Source: Actinomycetes bacterium
GTDB taxonomy: Bacteria > Actinomycetota > Thermoleophilia > RBG-16-64-13
Length of the DNA stretch: 64,000 bases
Assembly (NCBI GenBank): GCA_024637035.1
Contig: JAGXFW010000026.1
Location: forward strand, 181,600 to 245,599
Reading direction: 5' to 3'
Below the pieces are notes generated by a model. That model had not been told where the DNA came from and did no database searches. It saw only the letters and a list, made by a program, of their open reading frames with translations. Numbering within the stretch: position 1 is the stretch's first letter; every line of letters starts with the position of its first letter. Positions 10,371-20,160 of this stretch are shown piece by piece. The position numbers and the translations under genes are program-made.

Positions 10371-10559
10371 TCAGACTGTGGCCGCCTCGCGACTCTCGAC
10401 GACGATACCCCTTGACTTCATCACCAAGGTGAGCAGGCTGCGGTCGATCTTCCCCTTGTAGATCGGGACGCTCTCTTCGACGCAGATCTGCACGACGTCT
10501 TTGGTCTCCATCCCGAACTCACGAGCCAGCTCTTGGGGAGTGAAGTGGTTCGCCATCAC
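10371..10559 (-). CDS. Small (62 aa) putative helix-turn-helix DNA-binding protein
   Basis: Internal start MANHFTPQELAREFGMETKDVVQICVEESVPIYKGKID... is preceded 5 nt upstream by AAAGGAG; the 113-aa ORF-track version is over-extended. Confidence 0.45.
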   Translation of the reverse strand: MMANHFTPQELAREFGMETKDVVQICVEESVPIYKGKIDRSLLTLVMKSRGIVVESREAATV

Positions 10560-10621
10560 CGCTCCTTTCGAAGGCAGAAGCCCCCGGGCACGAGCCCGGT
10601 CACCTACCTGCCCTTGAGGGA

Positions 10622-10660
10622 CAAAAAAAGCCTGGCAGCGCGCAGGCCACCAGGCATATC
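10622..10660 (-). terminator. Candidate rho-independent terminator downstream of moeA
   Basis: Minus strand reads GCCTGG...GC-rich loop...CCAGGC followed by TTTTTTT; A7/T7 runs are otherwise essentially absent from this GC-rich window. Confidence 0.45.
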
Positions 10661-10830
10661 GGACGATTTCGACCGGAGTTCGGGAAGAACATCTCCCCTC
10701 CGGCGGGGGCAAGCCCCCTGATTCAGACGAGGAATCATGACACGGTCATTCTACCCCCGGCAGTCCCCTCGCACAAGGCGGATGTCTTCCCGTCGCCCCC
10801 CGGGTCGAGCCTGAGAGGGCGTGCTGCGGT

Positions 10831-12051
10831 TCAGGCCTCGCGCCCCTCTGCGCGCAGCAACGTCATCTCGACCTCGTCCCCGGCCTTGATCCCGTGGGTG
10901 TCGGCCGGTACGAAAACAAGCCCATCGGCGTTCACCATCGAACGAAGGATGCCGGACCCCTGCGGCCCGGTACTCGTGGCGTACCAGCGATCGCCGACCC
11001 GCCGGGCACGCACCCGTACCACCTGCACCCGCCCATGCCGATTCGCAAGGTCTTCCTCGATGATGGCCCGGTATGTAGGGCGCAGCACCCTTCGATGACC
11101 CATCATGCTGAGCAGCGCCGGCCTGACGAACAGCTCGAACGAGACCATGGCGGCGACGGGGTTGCCAGGAACACCGAAGACCAGACACCCACCTCTAACC
11201 CCGAAGACCAGAGGCTTCCCGGGCTTCATGGCCACCTGCCACAGCTTGCGCTCGACGCCGAGTTCGTCCTGGACATCCTTCACGAAATCGAACTCCCCTA
11301 CCGACACGCCACCTGAGGTGATCAGCACATCGTAGCCAAGGCCCTGTTCGAGAAGGCGACGGGTGGCATCGCGTTCGTCGGGGGCGATTCCGAGCCGCTC
11401 GGCCTCGATGCCGATCTCACGACACTGGGCCTGCATCGAGTAGCTGTTGGAGTTGCGTATCTGGCCGGGAGCAATGGGCTGGTCGATCTCGACCAGCTCG
11501 CTGCCTGTGGAGACGATCGCCACACGGGGTAGTCGATACACGTGCAGCTTGGGACGCCCCATGCTGGCCGCCAGACCTATCTCGGCGGGCCCGACCACGT
11601 CTCCCGCGTGCAGTACCGTGGTGCCGGCGCGCACATCTTCGCCGGCGAAACGGACGCTCGTGCCCACTTCCACCTGGCGGCGGATCAGGACGTGGTCGCC
11701 ATCATCCTCCGTGGACTCGACCTCGACGACCGCATCAGCGCCTCGTGGCATCGGAGCCCCTGTCATGATCTTGACCGCCTCACCTGCCTGCAGCTCGAGG
11801 CGCGCGACATGGCCCGCAGGCACGGTCTCGGAGATGCGGAGTCGAGCGGGTGTCTCGTCCGCACCAACAGTCTCGGCGGCCTTCACCGCGAAACCGTCCA
11901 TCGCCGAGTTGTCAAAGGGAGGCACGGCGTGTGGAGCAACGACATCACGCGCGAGCACCCGTCCAAGAGCCTCGACAACCCCGACTTCTTCAGGCTCAAG
12001 GACCACGGCTTCGGCGAGAACGAGCCTCAGGGCCTCCTCGATTGTGACCAT
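10831..12051 (-). CDS. moeA: Molybdopterin molybdenumtransferase
   Basis: ...VPPFDNSAMDGFAVKA...GDVVGPAEIGLAASMG...ITSGGVSVGEFD are MoeA/gephyrin E-domain motifs; 406 aa. Confidence 0.85.
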   Translation of the reverse strand: MVTIEEALRLVLAEAVVLEPEEVGVVEALGRVLARDVVAPHAVPPFDNSAMDGFAVKAAETVGADETPARLRISETVPAGHVARLELQAGEAVKIMTGAPMPRGADAVVEVESTEDDGDHVLIRRQVEVGTSVRFAGEDVRAGTTVLHAGDVVGPAEIGLAASMGRPKLHVYRLPRVAIVSTGSELVEIDQPIAPGQIRNSNSYSMQAQCREIGIEAERLGIAPDERDATRRLLEQGLGYDVLITSGGVSVGEFDFVKDVQDELGVERKLWQVAMKPGKPLVFGVRGGCLVFGVPGNPVAAMVSFELFVRPALLSMMGHRRVLRPTYRAIIEEDLANRHGRVQVVRVRARRVGDRWYATSTGPQGSGILRSMVNADGLVFVPADTHGIKAGDEVEMTLLRAEGREA

Positions 12052-12155
12052 GCCGTTCCCTCCGATTGCACTCTGCGTATAAAGGAGTGAGGCCTACCGA
12101 CCGATATGTCAGGATAACATGGCCTCTGTCCCATAGGCCGAACTCGACGAGGTAG

Positions 12156-12458
12156 GTGCGTAGAGAAATGATCATCTCGCAGACCGAGGTCCTCAAAGTG
12201 ATAGACCTAATGGACAGCAGCGCCGTGATCGCAAGCCTTCTGCTCACCTCCCCGTCTCGCAGCCACCGGGATGACACCGAAGGGTCCCTCGTATCGCAGG
12301 CGACGACTATCGATGCCCAGAGCTACCGTAGAGGCCGGGTCGAAGACCTGCGACGCCTCTTTGCCAGCGGCGAATACAGCGTGGCGCCCCTCGACGTAGC
12401 CGACAAGATGCTCGGGCGTGCGTTCTGCGACCAGATGGCCCGTCTCTACGACCGCTGA
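12156..12458 (+). CDS. FlgM-family anti-sigma-factor-like protein (tentative)
   Basis: C-terminus RVEDLRRLFASGEYSVAPLDVADKMLG resembles the FlgM motif (K-V-x-x-L-K-x-A-I-x-x-G-x-Y-x-V-D-x-x-K-I-A). No flagellar genes nearby. Confidence 0.35.
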   Translation: MRREMIISQTEVLKVIDLMDSSAVIASLLLTSPSRSHRDDTEGSLVSQATTIDAQSYRRGRVEDLRRLFASGEYSVAPLDVADKMLGRAFCDQMARLYDR

Positions 12459-12535
12459 GCGCGTAGCGCACGCGCGTTTGTCGCCTGCCCCGCGGCGACC
12501 TACAATGCAGCCTGACCACACAGCGGGGAGAATCG

Positions 12536-14362
12536 ATGCAGTTCATCGGCCGGCGACGTATCGCGGACCGCATATGGCAGTCTAGGAAGATCACCTACGC
12601 GGCGAGTTCGACCGTCGTGGCCTTGGGCATGATCGCCGTCTTCCTCCTCATTTCGACCCCGTCTTCGGACATCACCGTGTCCACGAAGCCGACCTTCTTC
12701 GAAGCACCCCGCGCATTCCGAGCCGCGCAAGAACTATCCGAGCGGTTCTCCAACCCCGGTCTGGGAACCGAGCAGGCCGAACTCGAAGCGCAATACGTCG
12801 CCGACCGCCTCGATGAATTCGACATACCGCACGAAGATCAGCGTTTCACCGTTCCGTTCGGACACAGTGAGGTCGCTCTTAGGAACGTGTACGCGGTCTT
12901 CCCTGGGGCGAGTAGCGAGGCGATCCTCGTCACCACCTCGCGCGACCCCGACCCCGCGAGCAGACTGTCGCCCCTCGCCAATGCGACGGGCACCGCCATA
13001 CTCTTCGATCTCGCCCAGGTGTTCGCGGCACGCCCGCACGAGCGTACGATCATCCTCCTCTCCACCGAGGGTGCGGCCTACGGTGGATTGGGGCTCGCCC
13101 ACTTCCTGGAGAACGATCCCCTCGCTCAAGACGTACTAGTGATCCTGGCGATCCGAGGGCTGGGCAGGGAAGAGCGGACGGTGCTCCAGGGGAGTGTCTC
13201 CGGCCCCGACGGCTCGACGCCCGGCTGGTACCTGCGGCTGGTGTCTCGTGCCCTGCGGGAGTCCGATCTGACTCTCGAGACGACGAGTCTGGTGCGCCAG
13301 GTGGCCGATCAATCACTTCGCATAGGCTGGGGGCCTCAGGTGGCCGGACTGCGGGCCGGGATACCCTCTCTCCTCCTGCATGACCCAGACGGAGGCGCAC
13401 CATCATCCGCGGGTATGGCCACGCACGGGACGGCGATCGAGCGGATCGTGATGAGTCTGGACAGCGGCACCGAGATCCCTTCAGACCCAGGCACCGCAAT
13501 CGTGCTCCAGTCTGGACGATTCCTGACGAGGCGGGCGATCTCCTTCCTCGGCCTGCTCACGCTCCTGCCGGCGGCTCTGATGGCGGGCACCTGGCTCGGT
13601 GTGTCCCGCGTGCGACCCGAGGTGTGGGTACGGTACCTGCGCAACCTGCTGTCGTTCGCCCTGCCCTTCGCGCTCTTCGTCCTCGTCGCATATGGCGCGG
13701 CCCGGATCGGCCTCATGCCCCGCTATCCCCACCAGGCGCCCCTCGACGCCGCTCCTGCCAGAGACCCCGACTATTTCGTCTCGATCGCGCTCCTTATGAT
13801 AGGGCTGATCCTGTTCCTCCTCAGCCGCCACTACCTTGGCCACCTGCGAACCAGTGAGCCATTGATCATGACCGAGACCATGAAGCTGAGCACGGGCCTG
13901 GTCGTGCTGGTGGCAGGGCTCGCGGTACTCACGTTCAACTCGCCGTTCTCCCTGCTGACCGGGCTCACGGCCGCGTGGCTCTGGCCCCTGGTGACGTGTT
14001 TCGCTGAGCCGCGCGACGCAAGCAAGTGGCTGCGACCAGCCAGGAAGAACTCCAGACTGCTGCTGGCCGGTCTTGCGGCACCCGCGATGCTCTACGTCTA
14101 CCTGGTTCTCGCCACGGACATCCGCTGGTGGCAGGGCTGGTGGTACCTACTGGTGCAGTCGGTCTCCGGCGCCTATGGGCTGTGGGGACCCCTGGCCTCA
14201 GTGCTGATCACGGCCGGGTTCTTCACACTTCTAGGAGTGCGGCGGCTCCAGCTCATCCCTGTGGAGACCCTCGACGAAGAGGTGGACTTCGACAGAGTCG
14301 GTATGCCGACCGGGCGCGTCAAGAAGACGCGCGACCCTGGAGTCCCGGGCAACTACGAGTAG
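12536..14362 (+). CDS. Integral membrane protein with N-terminal extracytoplasmic M28-peptidase-like domain
   Basis: Signal anchor, then NVYAVFPG...GTAILFDLAQVFA...TIILLSTEGAAYGGLGLAHF resembling the M28 aminopeptidase fold, followed by about 8 predicted TM helices. Zinc ligands appear degenerate. Confidence 0.5.
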   Translation: MQFIGRRRIADRIWQSRKITYAASSTVVALGMIAVFLLISTPSSDITVSTKPTFFEAPRAFRAAQELSERFSNPGLGTEQAELEAQYVADRLDEFDIPHEDQRFTVPFGHSEVALRNVYAVFPGASSEAILVTTSRDPDPASRLSPLANATGTAILFDLAQVFAARPHERTIILLSTEGAAYGGLGLAHFLENDPLAQDVLVILAIRGLGREERTVLQGSVSGPDGSTPGWYLRLVSRALRESDLTLETTSLVRQVADQSLRIGWGPQVAGLRAGIPSLLLHDPDGGAPSSAGMATHGTAIERIVMSLDSGTEIPSDPGTAIVLQSGRFLTRRAISFLGLLTLLPAALMAGTWLGVSRVRPEVWVRYLRNLLSFALPFALFVLVAYGAARIGLMPRYPHQAPLDAAPARDPDYFVSIALLMIGLILFLLSRHYLGHLRTSEPLIMTETMKLSTGLVVLVAGLAVLTFNSPFSLLTGLTAAWLWPLVTCFAEPRDASKWLRPARKNSRLLLAGLAAPAMLYVYLVLATDIRWWQGWWYLLVQSVSGAYGLWGPLASVLITAGFFTLLGVRRLQLIPVETLDEEVDFDRVGMPTGRVKKTRDPGVPGNYE

Positions 14363-14438
14363 GGATGCGGTGGGCTCCGCCCAGGCGCGGCCGTAGGCCC
14401 GACCCGGGCGCGTCTGGCCGGCGCCCGTCAGGCGCCCG

Positions 14439-15155
14439 TCAGTCCAGGTCGAGGTACTCCAGGGCCATGTGACGGATCAACTCACCGTTCTCGGCGCACT
14501 TGTCGGCGAGGGCTTCGAGCCGCTCGATGATGGCCTTGAGTTGATGGAAGGTCTTGAAGTCAGTGTCCATGTCGAACATCGCCTTGTACATCTCGGCGAA
14601 CACGCGGTCGGCGCGGCTCTCGATCGCGTCGATCTCGATGGCGATGCCCACGCACTCCCGGAAGTCCCCACGCATGGCGAAGACGGCATCGCGGAGCTTC
14701 CGAACAGCCTCAAGATCGATCTTGGCCATCTCCACGAGCAGCTTGTTGAAGTCGGCAGGTAGCGTGAAGCGACGCATGACGATGCGGTCGACCGCGCCCA
14801 CGGCCAGGTTCGCGATGACGTCCATCGAGGCCACGAGGCGCGAGAGATCGGCGCGGCCCATGGAGAAGACGCCGGCGGACGACAGGCTATCGAGTATCTC
14901 GAGCTTGCGGTCGTCGGCCGCGCTCTCGAGCTTGTCCAGTTGGGCCGCGGTCACCGCCAGCCCCTCGTAGTCGTCGGCCACGAAGTAGCGCACCGCCGTG
15001 CCGAGTTCGTCGACGATCTCCACGACCTTGTCGGTGAACTCTCTCACCTCGGCAAGCACTTGACCTTCCTTGTGCCTGCCCATGGCGTCGATAGCGCCCT
15101 CGAGCGACGCCGGGCCGCCTAGGGAACGTCTGATCTTCTTGAAGGTGTCGCTCAT
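14439..15155 (-). CDS. DUF47 family (PhoU-like) protein, partner of PiT transporter
   Basis: 238-aa all-helical protein lying 20 nt upstream of, and co-oriented with, a PiT phosphate transporter; this pairing is common in bacterial genomes. Confidence 0.75.
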   Translation of the reverse strand: MSDTFKKIRRSLGGPASLEGAIDAMGRHKEGQVLAEVREFTDKVVEIVDELGTAVRYFVADDYEGLAVTAAQLDKLESAADDRKLEILDSLSSAGVFSMGRADLSRLVASMDVIANLAVGAVDRIVMRRFTLPADFNKLLVEMAKIDLEAVRKLRDAVFAMRGDFRECVGIAIEIDAIESRADRVFAEMYKAMFDMDTDFKTFHQLKAIIERLEALADKCAENGELIRHMALEYLDLD

Positions 15156-15174
15156 GTCCTCTCCTCCCCGGAAC

Positions 15175-16272
15175 CTACATCACCAGGTTCAAGGCGTAAT
15201 AGATGAGTGCAGCGGCAATGGCGCAGAACGGCAGAGTCACCGCCCACGCAAGCATGATCGCACGGAACACTTTCCAGCTGACCGAACCAAGTCCTCCCGC
15301 CAGGCCCGTACCCGTGACCGACGAGGTGACCACGTGCGTCGTCGAAACCGGCAACCCGAACAGCGAGGCCGCCTGGATGATGAGTGCCCCACCGGCTTCC
15401 GCGCTGAAGCCGTTCACGGGGTGCAGGTGCGTGATCTTCTCCCCCAGGGTTCGGATGAGGCGGAACGACCGCACCGACAGGTACGTGCCGACCGCCATCG
15501 CGGAGGCAGCTGAAAGGATCACCCACAGCGGGAACCCGTATTCCAGGATGTACTCATCCACATCGAGGCCTTCCCGCGCGGCGATGAAGATCAGGATGAT
15601 GCCCATGACCTTGGTGGCGTCGTTCGAACCATGGCTGAACGACACCCAACTGGAAGAGAGTATCTGCATGTGCCGGTAGAAGCCGTCGGCCCTGTCCAGG
15701 TCGAGACGCAGCCGACCGAAGACGAACTTGCTCATCTTCATGAACAGGTATCCGGTGGCGATGCCCAGGATGGGTGAGATCAGCAGTGAGCTGAAGATCA
15801 GGGCGACCTTGCCGAAGTTGATGCCCGCGGGACCGAGCGCGGCCATACCCGCTCCGAGAAGACCGCCGACGAGCGCATGAGACGAACTCACGGGGAGCGC
15901 CCATATCCAGGTGAGGATGTCCCACAACAGAGCGCCCGCGAGCGCCGCGATCACAAGGTGAGCCGTGGCGTCAGACGCCTTGATCACGCCGCCGATGGTG
16001 GAGGCGACCGCCACCCCGATCACCAGAGGCCCGATGAAGTTGAAGAACGCGGAGATCCCGATGGCGACCTTCGGTTTCAGGGCGCCGGTATAGATCACCG
16101 TGGAAACAGCGTTACAGCCGTCGTGGAATCCGTTCATCACGTCGAACGCGAGCGCAACCGTCACGACGGCGATGAGGAGGATGGTCTCGGTACTCACGAA
16201 CGCACCTCCGCACCACCAGACAGACTCACACGATCTCCCTCGGGTCGGGTTCCTCTGAGAACGGCCCGCCAA
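15175..16272 (-). CDS. Inorganic phosphate transporter, PiT family
   Basis: NGFHDGCNAVSTV and SHGSNDATKVMGII match the PiT GANDVANA-like repeats; polytopic. True start is probably the internal GTG near 16207. Confidence 0.8.
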   Translation of the reverse strand: MAGRSQRNPTRGRSCESVWWCGGAFVSTETILLIAVVTVALAFDVMNGFHDGCNAVSTVIYTGALKPKVAIGISAFFNFIGPLVIGVAVASTIGGVIKASDATAHLVIAALAGALLWDILTWIWALPVSSSHALVGGLLGAGMAALGPAGINFGKVALIFSSLLISPILGIATGYLFMKMSKFVFGRLRLDLDRADGFYRHMQILSSSWVSFSHGSNDATKVMGIILIFIAAREGLDVDEYILEYGFPLWVILSAASAMAVGTYLSVRSFRLIRTLGEKITHLHPVNGFSAEAGGALIIQAASLFGLPVSTTHVVTSSVTGTGLAGGLGSVSWKVFRAIMLAWAVTLPFCAIAAALIYYALNLVM

Positions 16273-16535
16273 TGATAGGCGGATGGGGCGCTCGCGACAA
16301 GCAGTGGCGCGAGTCGCCTCCCGTCGCGCACGGGTATCGAGCCCCGGGGCACGCCGGGGTTCGTGCCTCTTCTTGCGGGCGACGGCTCACGTATACGTTC
16401 CTCGCTCCCGATACCATCGTTAGAGAAGATGAACGTGCCACTCAAGAGGTCGTCTCGCGTGGCACTTCAGGGGGCTCCCGACCGAAGCATCAGCAAGACC
16501 AGTACCGAGGGGCGTCAACCGTGAGATCACCCACA

Positions 16536-18071
16536 ATGGACCACGAGGCACCGGCGATCAAGCCGGAGCGCCATCGTCCCGAGGAGTCTTCAACCGGCTG
16601 GCTGCGGCGACTCAAAGCGCTCGGCCGAGGTGGCCCCATCCTGAGCCGCGCCCGGGTGGCCCTCGTCTTCAAACTCATGTGCGCTGCCACGCTCACGGGC
16701 ACCTTGCTGCTTTCCCCGCTCGACGCGTACCTCGGTCTGATCCTGGCCGTCGGCTTCATCGCGGCCACCGTGCTACTCGACTACTGGGTGTATCGCGCCG
16801 TGGGTGATCTGTTCAAGCGCCTGCAGGAGCGGAACCGCAAGGAGGCGCTCCGCGAAGGGGCGGACGAGATCCATTCCGGCCTCGAACGGATGCTCGAAGG
16901 GGTGATGAGCGGAGGCCGGGCCGAGGGTCTCGAGGTGGAAGCGGTGAGAGCCGACCTCTATCGTCTGCGCGACCTCAACAACCAACTGATCCGCTTGGGC
17001 GAGATCGCCCAGGAACTGAACGCCGCGCTGCCCTACCGCGAGACACGCTCGAAGGCGCTCGACCTCTCCAGGCGCCTGCTCGGAGCAGACATCGTGGCCT
17101 TAGTGGCGGAAGAGGGTGGCGAGTTCACGCTCGAGGGTGTCGACGGCTGCGAACCGGGCGAGATCAACCCCTCCTGCTGCGGCTACTACGACCGATGCCC
17201 GGTGCGCACGTCGTTCCGGGACGTGGCACGAGGCCGCACGGCGTCACACCACTGCGGCATGTTCCCTCCGACCATGCGGGCGCAGCTCTCCCTGCCCTTC
17301 CGGCTCTCGGACACGCGCACCGTGGCGCTGATCGCATCCGGCGCCAGGCCGGGTGCCTTCGACGACCTGAGTTCCGTGGTGCTCGACACACTGGTGGGAC
17401 ATATCCACACGTCGCTCTCGACCGCCCTGAAGTATGACCGTATCCGCCGCGAGGTCGTCACCGATCCTCTCACCAACCTCTACAACCGCCGGTTCTTCGA
17501 GCAGCGGGCCCGGGAGGAGATCGAGCGCAGCCTGAGACACCAGACCCCGGTCACCCTGCTCATGGTCGACGTGGACCACTTCAAAAGGATCAACGACACA
17601 TACGGCCATCAGACCGGCGACCACGTCCTGCAGAGCGTGGCTAAGTTCCTCGGTGACAGCGTGCGTCAAACGGACATCTGCGGCCGGTACGGAGGCGAGG
17701 AGTTCGTCCTGCTCCTCCCCAACACACCGGGCGGCAACGCGGTGTTCCTGGCCGACAGGTTGCGTCGGGGCATCGCCGACCAACTGCACACCGGCCTCGG
17801 CATCCCCGGCCACGTCTCGGTGACCGTGAGCGGCGGCGTAGCCACCTGTCCACGCGACGCCACCGACGTGACCGAACTTATACGTCGCGCCGATGAGGCC
17901 CTGTACGAGGCCAAGCGCACGGGTAGGAATCGTATCGTACAGGCCGGTCTGCGGGAGACGGGGCCACCTGAGGCTTCGACGATCACCTCGCCGAACGTCA
18001 CAGAGACGACCCCGGCGCGCGCAAGCCAGAGCGGCGCGCACGCACGGGAACGCTCAGACGATCAGAGGTAG
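16536..18071 (+). CDS. Diguanylate cyclase (GGDEF) with N-terminal TM helices and a sensor region
   Basis: DPLTNLYNRRFF...LLMVDVDHFKRINDTYGHQTGD...RYGGEEFVLLLP shows an intact GGEEF active site; start placed at MDHEAP (16536). Confidence 0.85.
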   Translation: MDHEAPAIKPERHRPEESSTGWLRRLKALGRGGPILSRARVALVFKLMCAATLTGTLLLSPLDAYLGLILAVGFIAATVLLDYWVYRAVGDLFKRLQERNRKEALREGADEIHSGLERMLEGVMSGGRAEGLEVEAVRADLYRLRDLNNQLIRLGEIAQELNAALPYRETRSKALDLSRRLLGADIVALVAEEGGEFTLEGVDGCEPGEINPSCCGYYDRCPVRTSFRDVARGRTASHHCGMFPPTMRAQLSLPFRLSDTRTVALIASGARPGAFDDLSSVVLDTLVGHIHTSLSTALKYDRIRREVVTDPLTNLYNRRFFEQRAREEIERSLRHQTPVTLLMVDVDHFKRINDTYGHQTGDHVLQSVAKFLGDSVRQTDICGRYGGEEFVLLLPNTPGGNAVFLADRLRRGIADQLHTGLGIPGHVSVTVSGGVATCPRDATDVTELIRRADEALYEAKRTGRNRIVQAGLRETGPPEASTITSPNVTETTPARASQSGAHARERSDDQR

Positions 18072-18997
18072 TTCCTCCGCCAGAACAGCAGGGCCCCTAG
18101 CGAGGACAGGCCCAAAGAGATCAGCAGCACGATGGTGAAGGCGTGCCCGTTGTCCGCGAGAGGCAGGCGCACGTTCATGCCGTAGAATGCCGCGACCATG
18201 GCCGGCAACGACAAGATGATGGTGATCGAGGTGAGGAACTTCATCACCATGTTGAGGTTGTTGCTGATGATCGAGGCGAACGCGTCCATCATGCCGCTGA
18301 GGATGCCGGAGTAGACCTCGGCCATCTCGATGGCCTGCCGGGTCTCGACGATCACGTCCTCGAGCAAGTCTTCATCTTCCTCGTACTTCTTGATGGCGGG
18401 TGTGCGCATGAGCTTCTGGAGCACGGCGTCGTTCGAGCGGAGAGAGGTACTGAAGTAGACGAGGGCTTTCGCCATGGTGAGCAGGTCGAACAGCTCCTCG
18501 TTCTTCATCGATTGCCGGAGTTCGCGTTCGATCTTGTCTGTCTCGCGATCGATGCGACCTAGGTAGCGCAGGTAGAAGCTCGCCACCCGGAACAGGATCT
18601 GCAACAGGAACCGGGTCTTCTTGAAGGTGGCGAAGCTGCGCACCGTGCCCCGCTCGAACTCGCCCAAGATGGGGTTCGGCTGCAGGCAGGTGGTGATGAA
18701 GTAATCGGGATGGAGCAGCATTCCCAGCGGGATGGTGTCGTAGCCACGCTCGCCGCCGACCCGCTCGATGATGGGTATGTCCACGATCACATGCGTGAGT
18801 TCGTCTTCAACGTCGATGCGCGATTTCTCTTCCGCGTCGAGTGGGCCGCGGAGGAAGGCGAGGGGGATGTCAAGCCGGTCGGTGACGCGGTGGAGCTCTT
18901 CGTCGGTGGGACTGACGAGGTCGATCCAAGCGCCTGGCTCGAAATCCTCGAGCTCGATCAGAGCGCCCGAGGAATCTGTCTTGAAGATGTTGAGCAT
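18062..18997 (-). CDS. corA: CorA-family magnesium/cobalt transporter
   Basis: C-terminal two TM helices with the YGMNV signature loop; 311 aa. Confidence 0.8.
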   Translation of the reverse strand: MLNIFKTDSSGALIELEDFEPGAWIDLVSPTDEELHRVTDRLDIPLAFLRGPLDAEEKSRIDVEDELTHVIVDIPIIERVGGERGYDTIPLGMLLHPDYFITTCLQPNPILGEFERGTVRSFATFKKTRFLLQILFRVASFYLRYLGRIDRETDKIERELRQSMKNEELFDLLTMAKALVYFSTSLRSNDAVLQKLMRTPAIKKYEEDEDLLEDVIVETRQAIEMAEVYSGILSGMMDAFASIISNNLNMVMKFLTSITIILSLPAMVAAFYGMNVRLPLADNGHAFTIVLLISLGLSSLGALLFWRRNYL

Positions 18998-19189
18998 GAC
19001 TCACCCCCTTTGCGGACGGGCTCAGCGCGCGGTCTGGAGAGGGCTCGAGCCGGCCCCGCGTGGGATCTTTCCCGGCCGCCGACCGAGGACCGGCGCGACG
19101 CGAAAACACAACCCGTGCATTCTCTCACGAACCGAGGGTGGGTGCTACGAGGTGCGTGGACGCTCGTACCGGTCTGCCTGTGAAGACCT

Positions 19190-19402
19190 ATGCTCCGCTG
19201 TCGGGAAGTTGTAGAGGGGTGTGCAATTGTCACGTCAGCGGAGGCGCCCGTGCCCCAAGTCGTCATCGAGAACCCCATCCTGAGCTCCCCCTTCGACGAG
19301 CCACGCCGCCACTTCCGGTTCGGCGAGGACGGGATTACCGACGAGATCACCGAGGCCCGCCGGGTCAGCTCCTACTTCGTGCCCAGAAGTCGCTTAAGCT
19401 GA
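19190..19402 (+). pseudogene. N-terminal remnant of a restriction-endonuclease / helicase-like (type III Res-like) protein
   Basis: VIENPILSSPFDEPRRHFRFGEDGITDEITEARRVSSYFVP resembles the conserved N-terminus of large restriction/helicase subunits but stops after 70 aa; the opposite-strand vapC follows immediately. Confidence 0.35.
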
Positions 19403-19462
19403 TCCTTGGCATGGTTGAGCCTTCCGCCATCTTGTGGCCCCACAACTGGGTGTCGCTTCTCG

Positions 19463-19894
19463 CTATTGCTCCAGGGCCTCTCCCGGAGACAGCGCCTCGA
19501 TGTCGGGAGATAGACGGGTGCGCTGTTGCCGGTCGAGCGTGACCAGCGTGGCACCGAAACGTTGAGCCGTCGCTCCGTAGACTGCATCGCTGCCCTTCAT
19601 GCCCCTGGTCATGGCGAGACCCGCGGCGGCCTCAGCCAAGGAATCGTCCAAGGATACAAAGATAGCGCCCGAGATGTGCTCCACTCCTACCGTCACCAAG
19701 CGGGCGATATCCTGGCTCCCGCTAATCCTCCGCGAGCCGGCCGCAACTTCTGGCAGCACCAAGGTGGGTAGCACGACCGGGATCCTTTCTGCGTGCAGCC
19801 ATTCGAGGAATCTGCGGCTGGTGACGTGCCCGGCTTCGGTGGCGTTGGCAGCGTTGAGGAACACACTCGCGTCCACCGTGATCGGTCCGCGCAT
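19463..19894 (-). CDS. vapC: PIN-domain toxin (VapC-like)
   Basis: ITVDASVFLNA...LVTLD shows the PIN acidic-residue pattern; start at the internal MRGPITVD; lies 5 nt downstream of the antitoxin gene. Confidence 0.7.
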   Translation of the reverse strand: MRGPITVDASVFLNAANATEAGHVTSRRFLEWLHAERIPVVLPTLVLPEVAAGSRRISGSQDIARLVTVGVEHISGAIFVSLDDSLAEAAAGLAMTRGMKGSDAVYGATAQRFGATLVTLDRQQRTRLSPDIEALSPGEALEQ

Positions 19895-19899
19895 GAGGT

Positions 19900-20160
19900 C
19901 TACCGTCTCATCTCGTCGAGGACCTCGACGCTCGTGAGAGGTGTGTTCCAAGACTTGCCCAGGGCGTCAAGCGCAGCGAACAGTTGGGACCAGGACTCGT
20001 CTGGTGTCAGCGACTGCGCCTCTTCCTTGGGTGAGTACGGCACGATCACTCCAACCGGTTCACCCCGATGAGTCACTATGTAGCGAGCGCGATTCTCGCG
20101 GATGTCGCGCATCACCTCTGACGCGTGGGTCTTCAGATCCCGGACACCGATGCGGGGCAT
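19900..20160 (-). CDS. Phd/YefM-family antitoxin
   Basis: MPRIGVRDLKTHASEVMRDIRENRARYIVTHRGEPVGVIVPY is the classic Phd/YefM N-terminus; start at the internal M (20160). Confidence 0.65.
   Translation of the reverse strand: MPRIGVRDLKTHASEVMRDIRENRARYIVTHRGEPVGVIVPYSPKEEAQSLTPDESWSQLFAALDALGKSWNTPLTSVEVLDEMRR

Noticed and set aside
17244-18041. 265-aa minus-strand ORF
   Set aside because: Antisense to the GGDEF cyclase gene; no recognisable domain.
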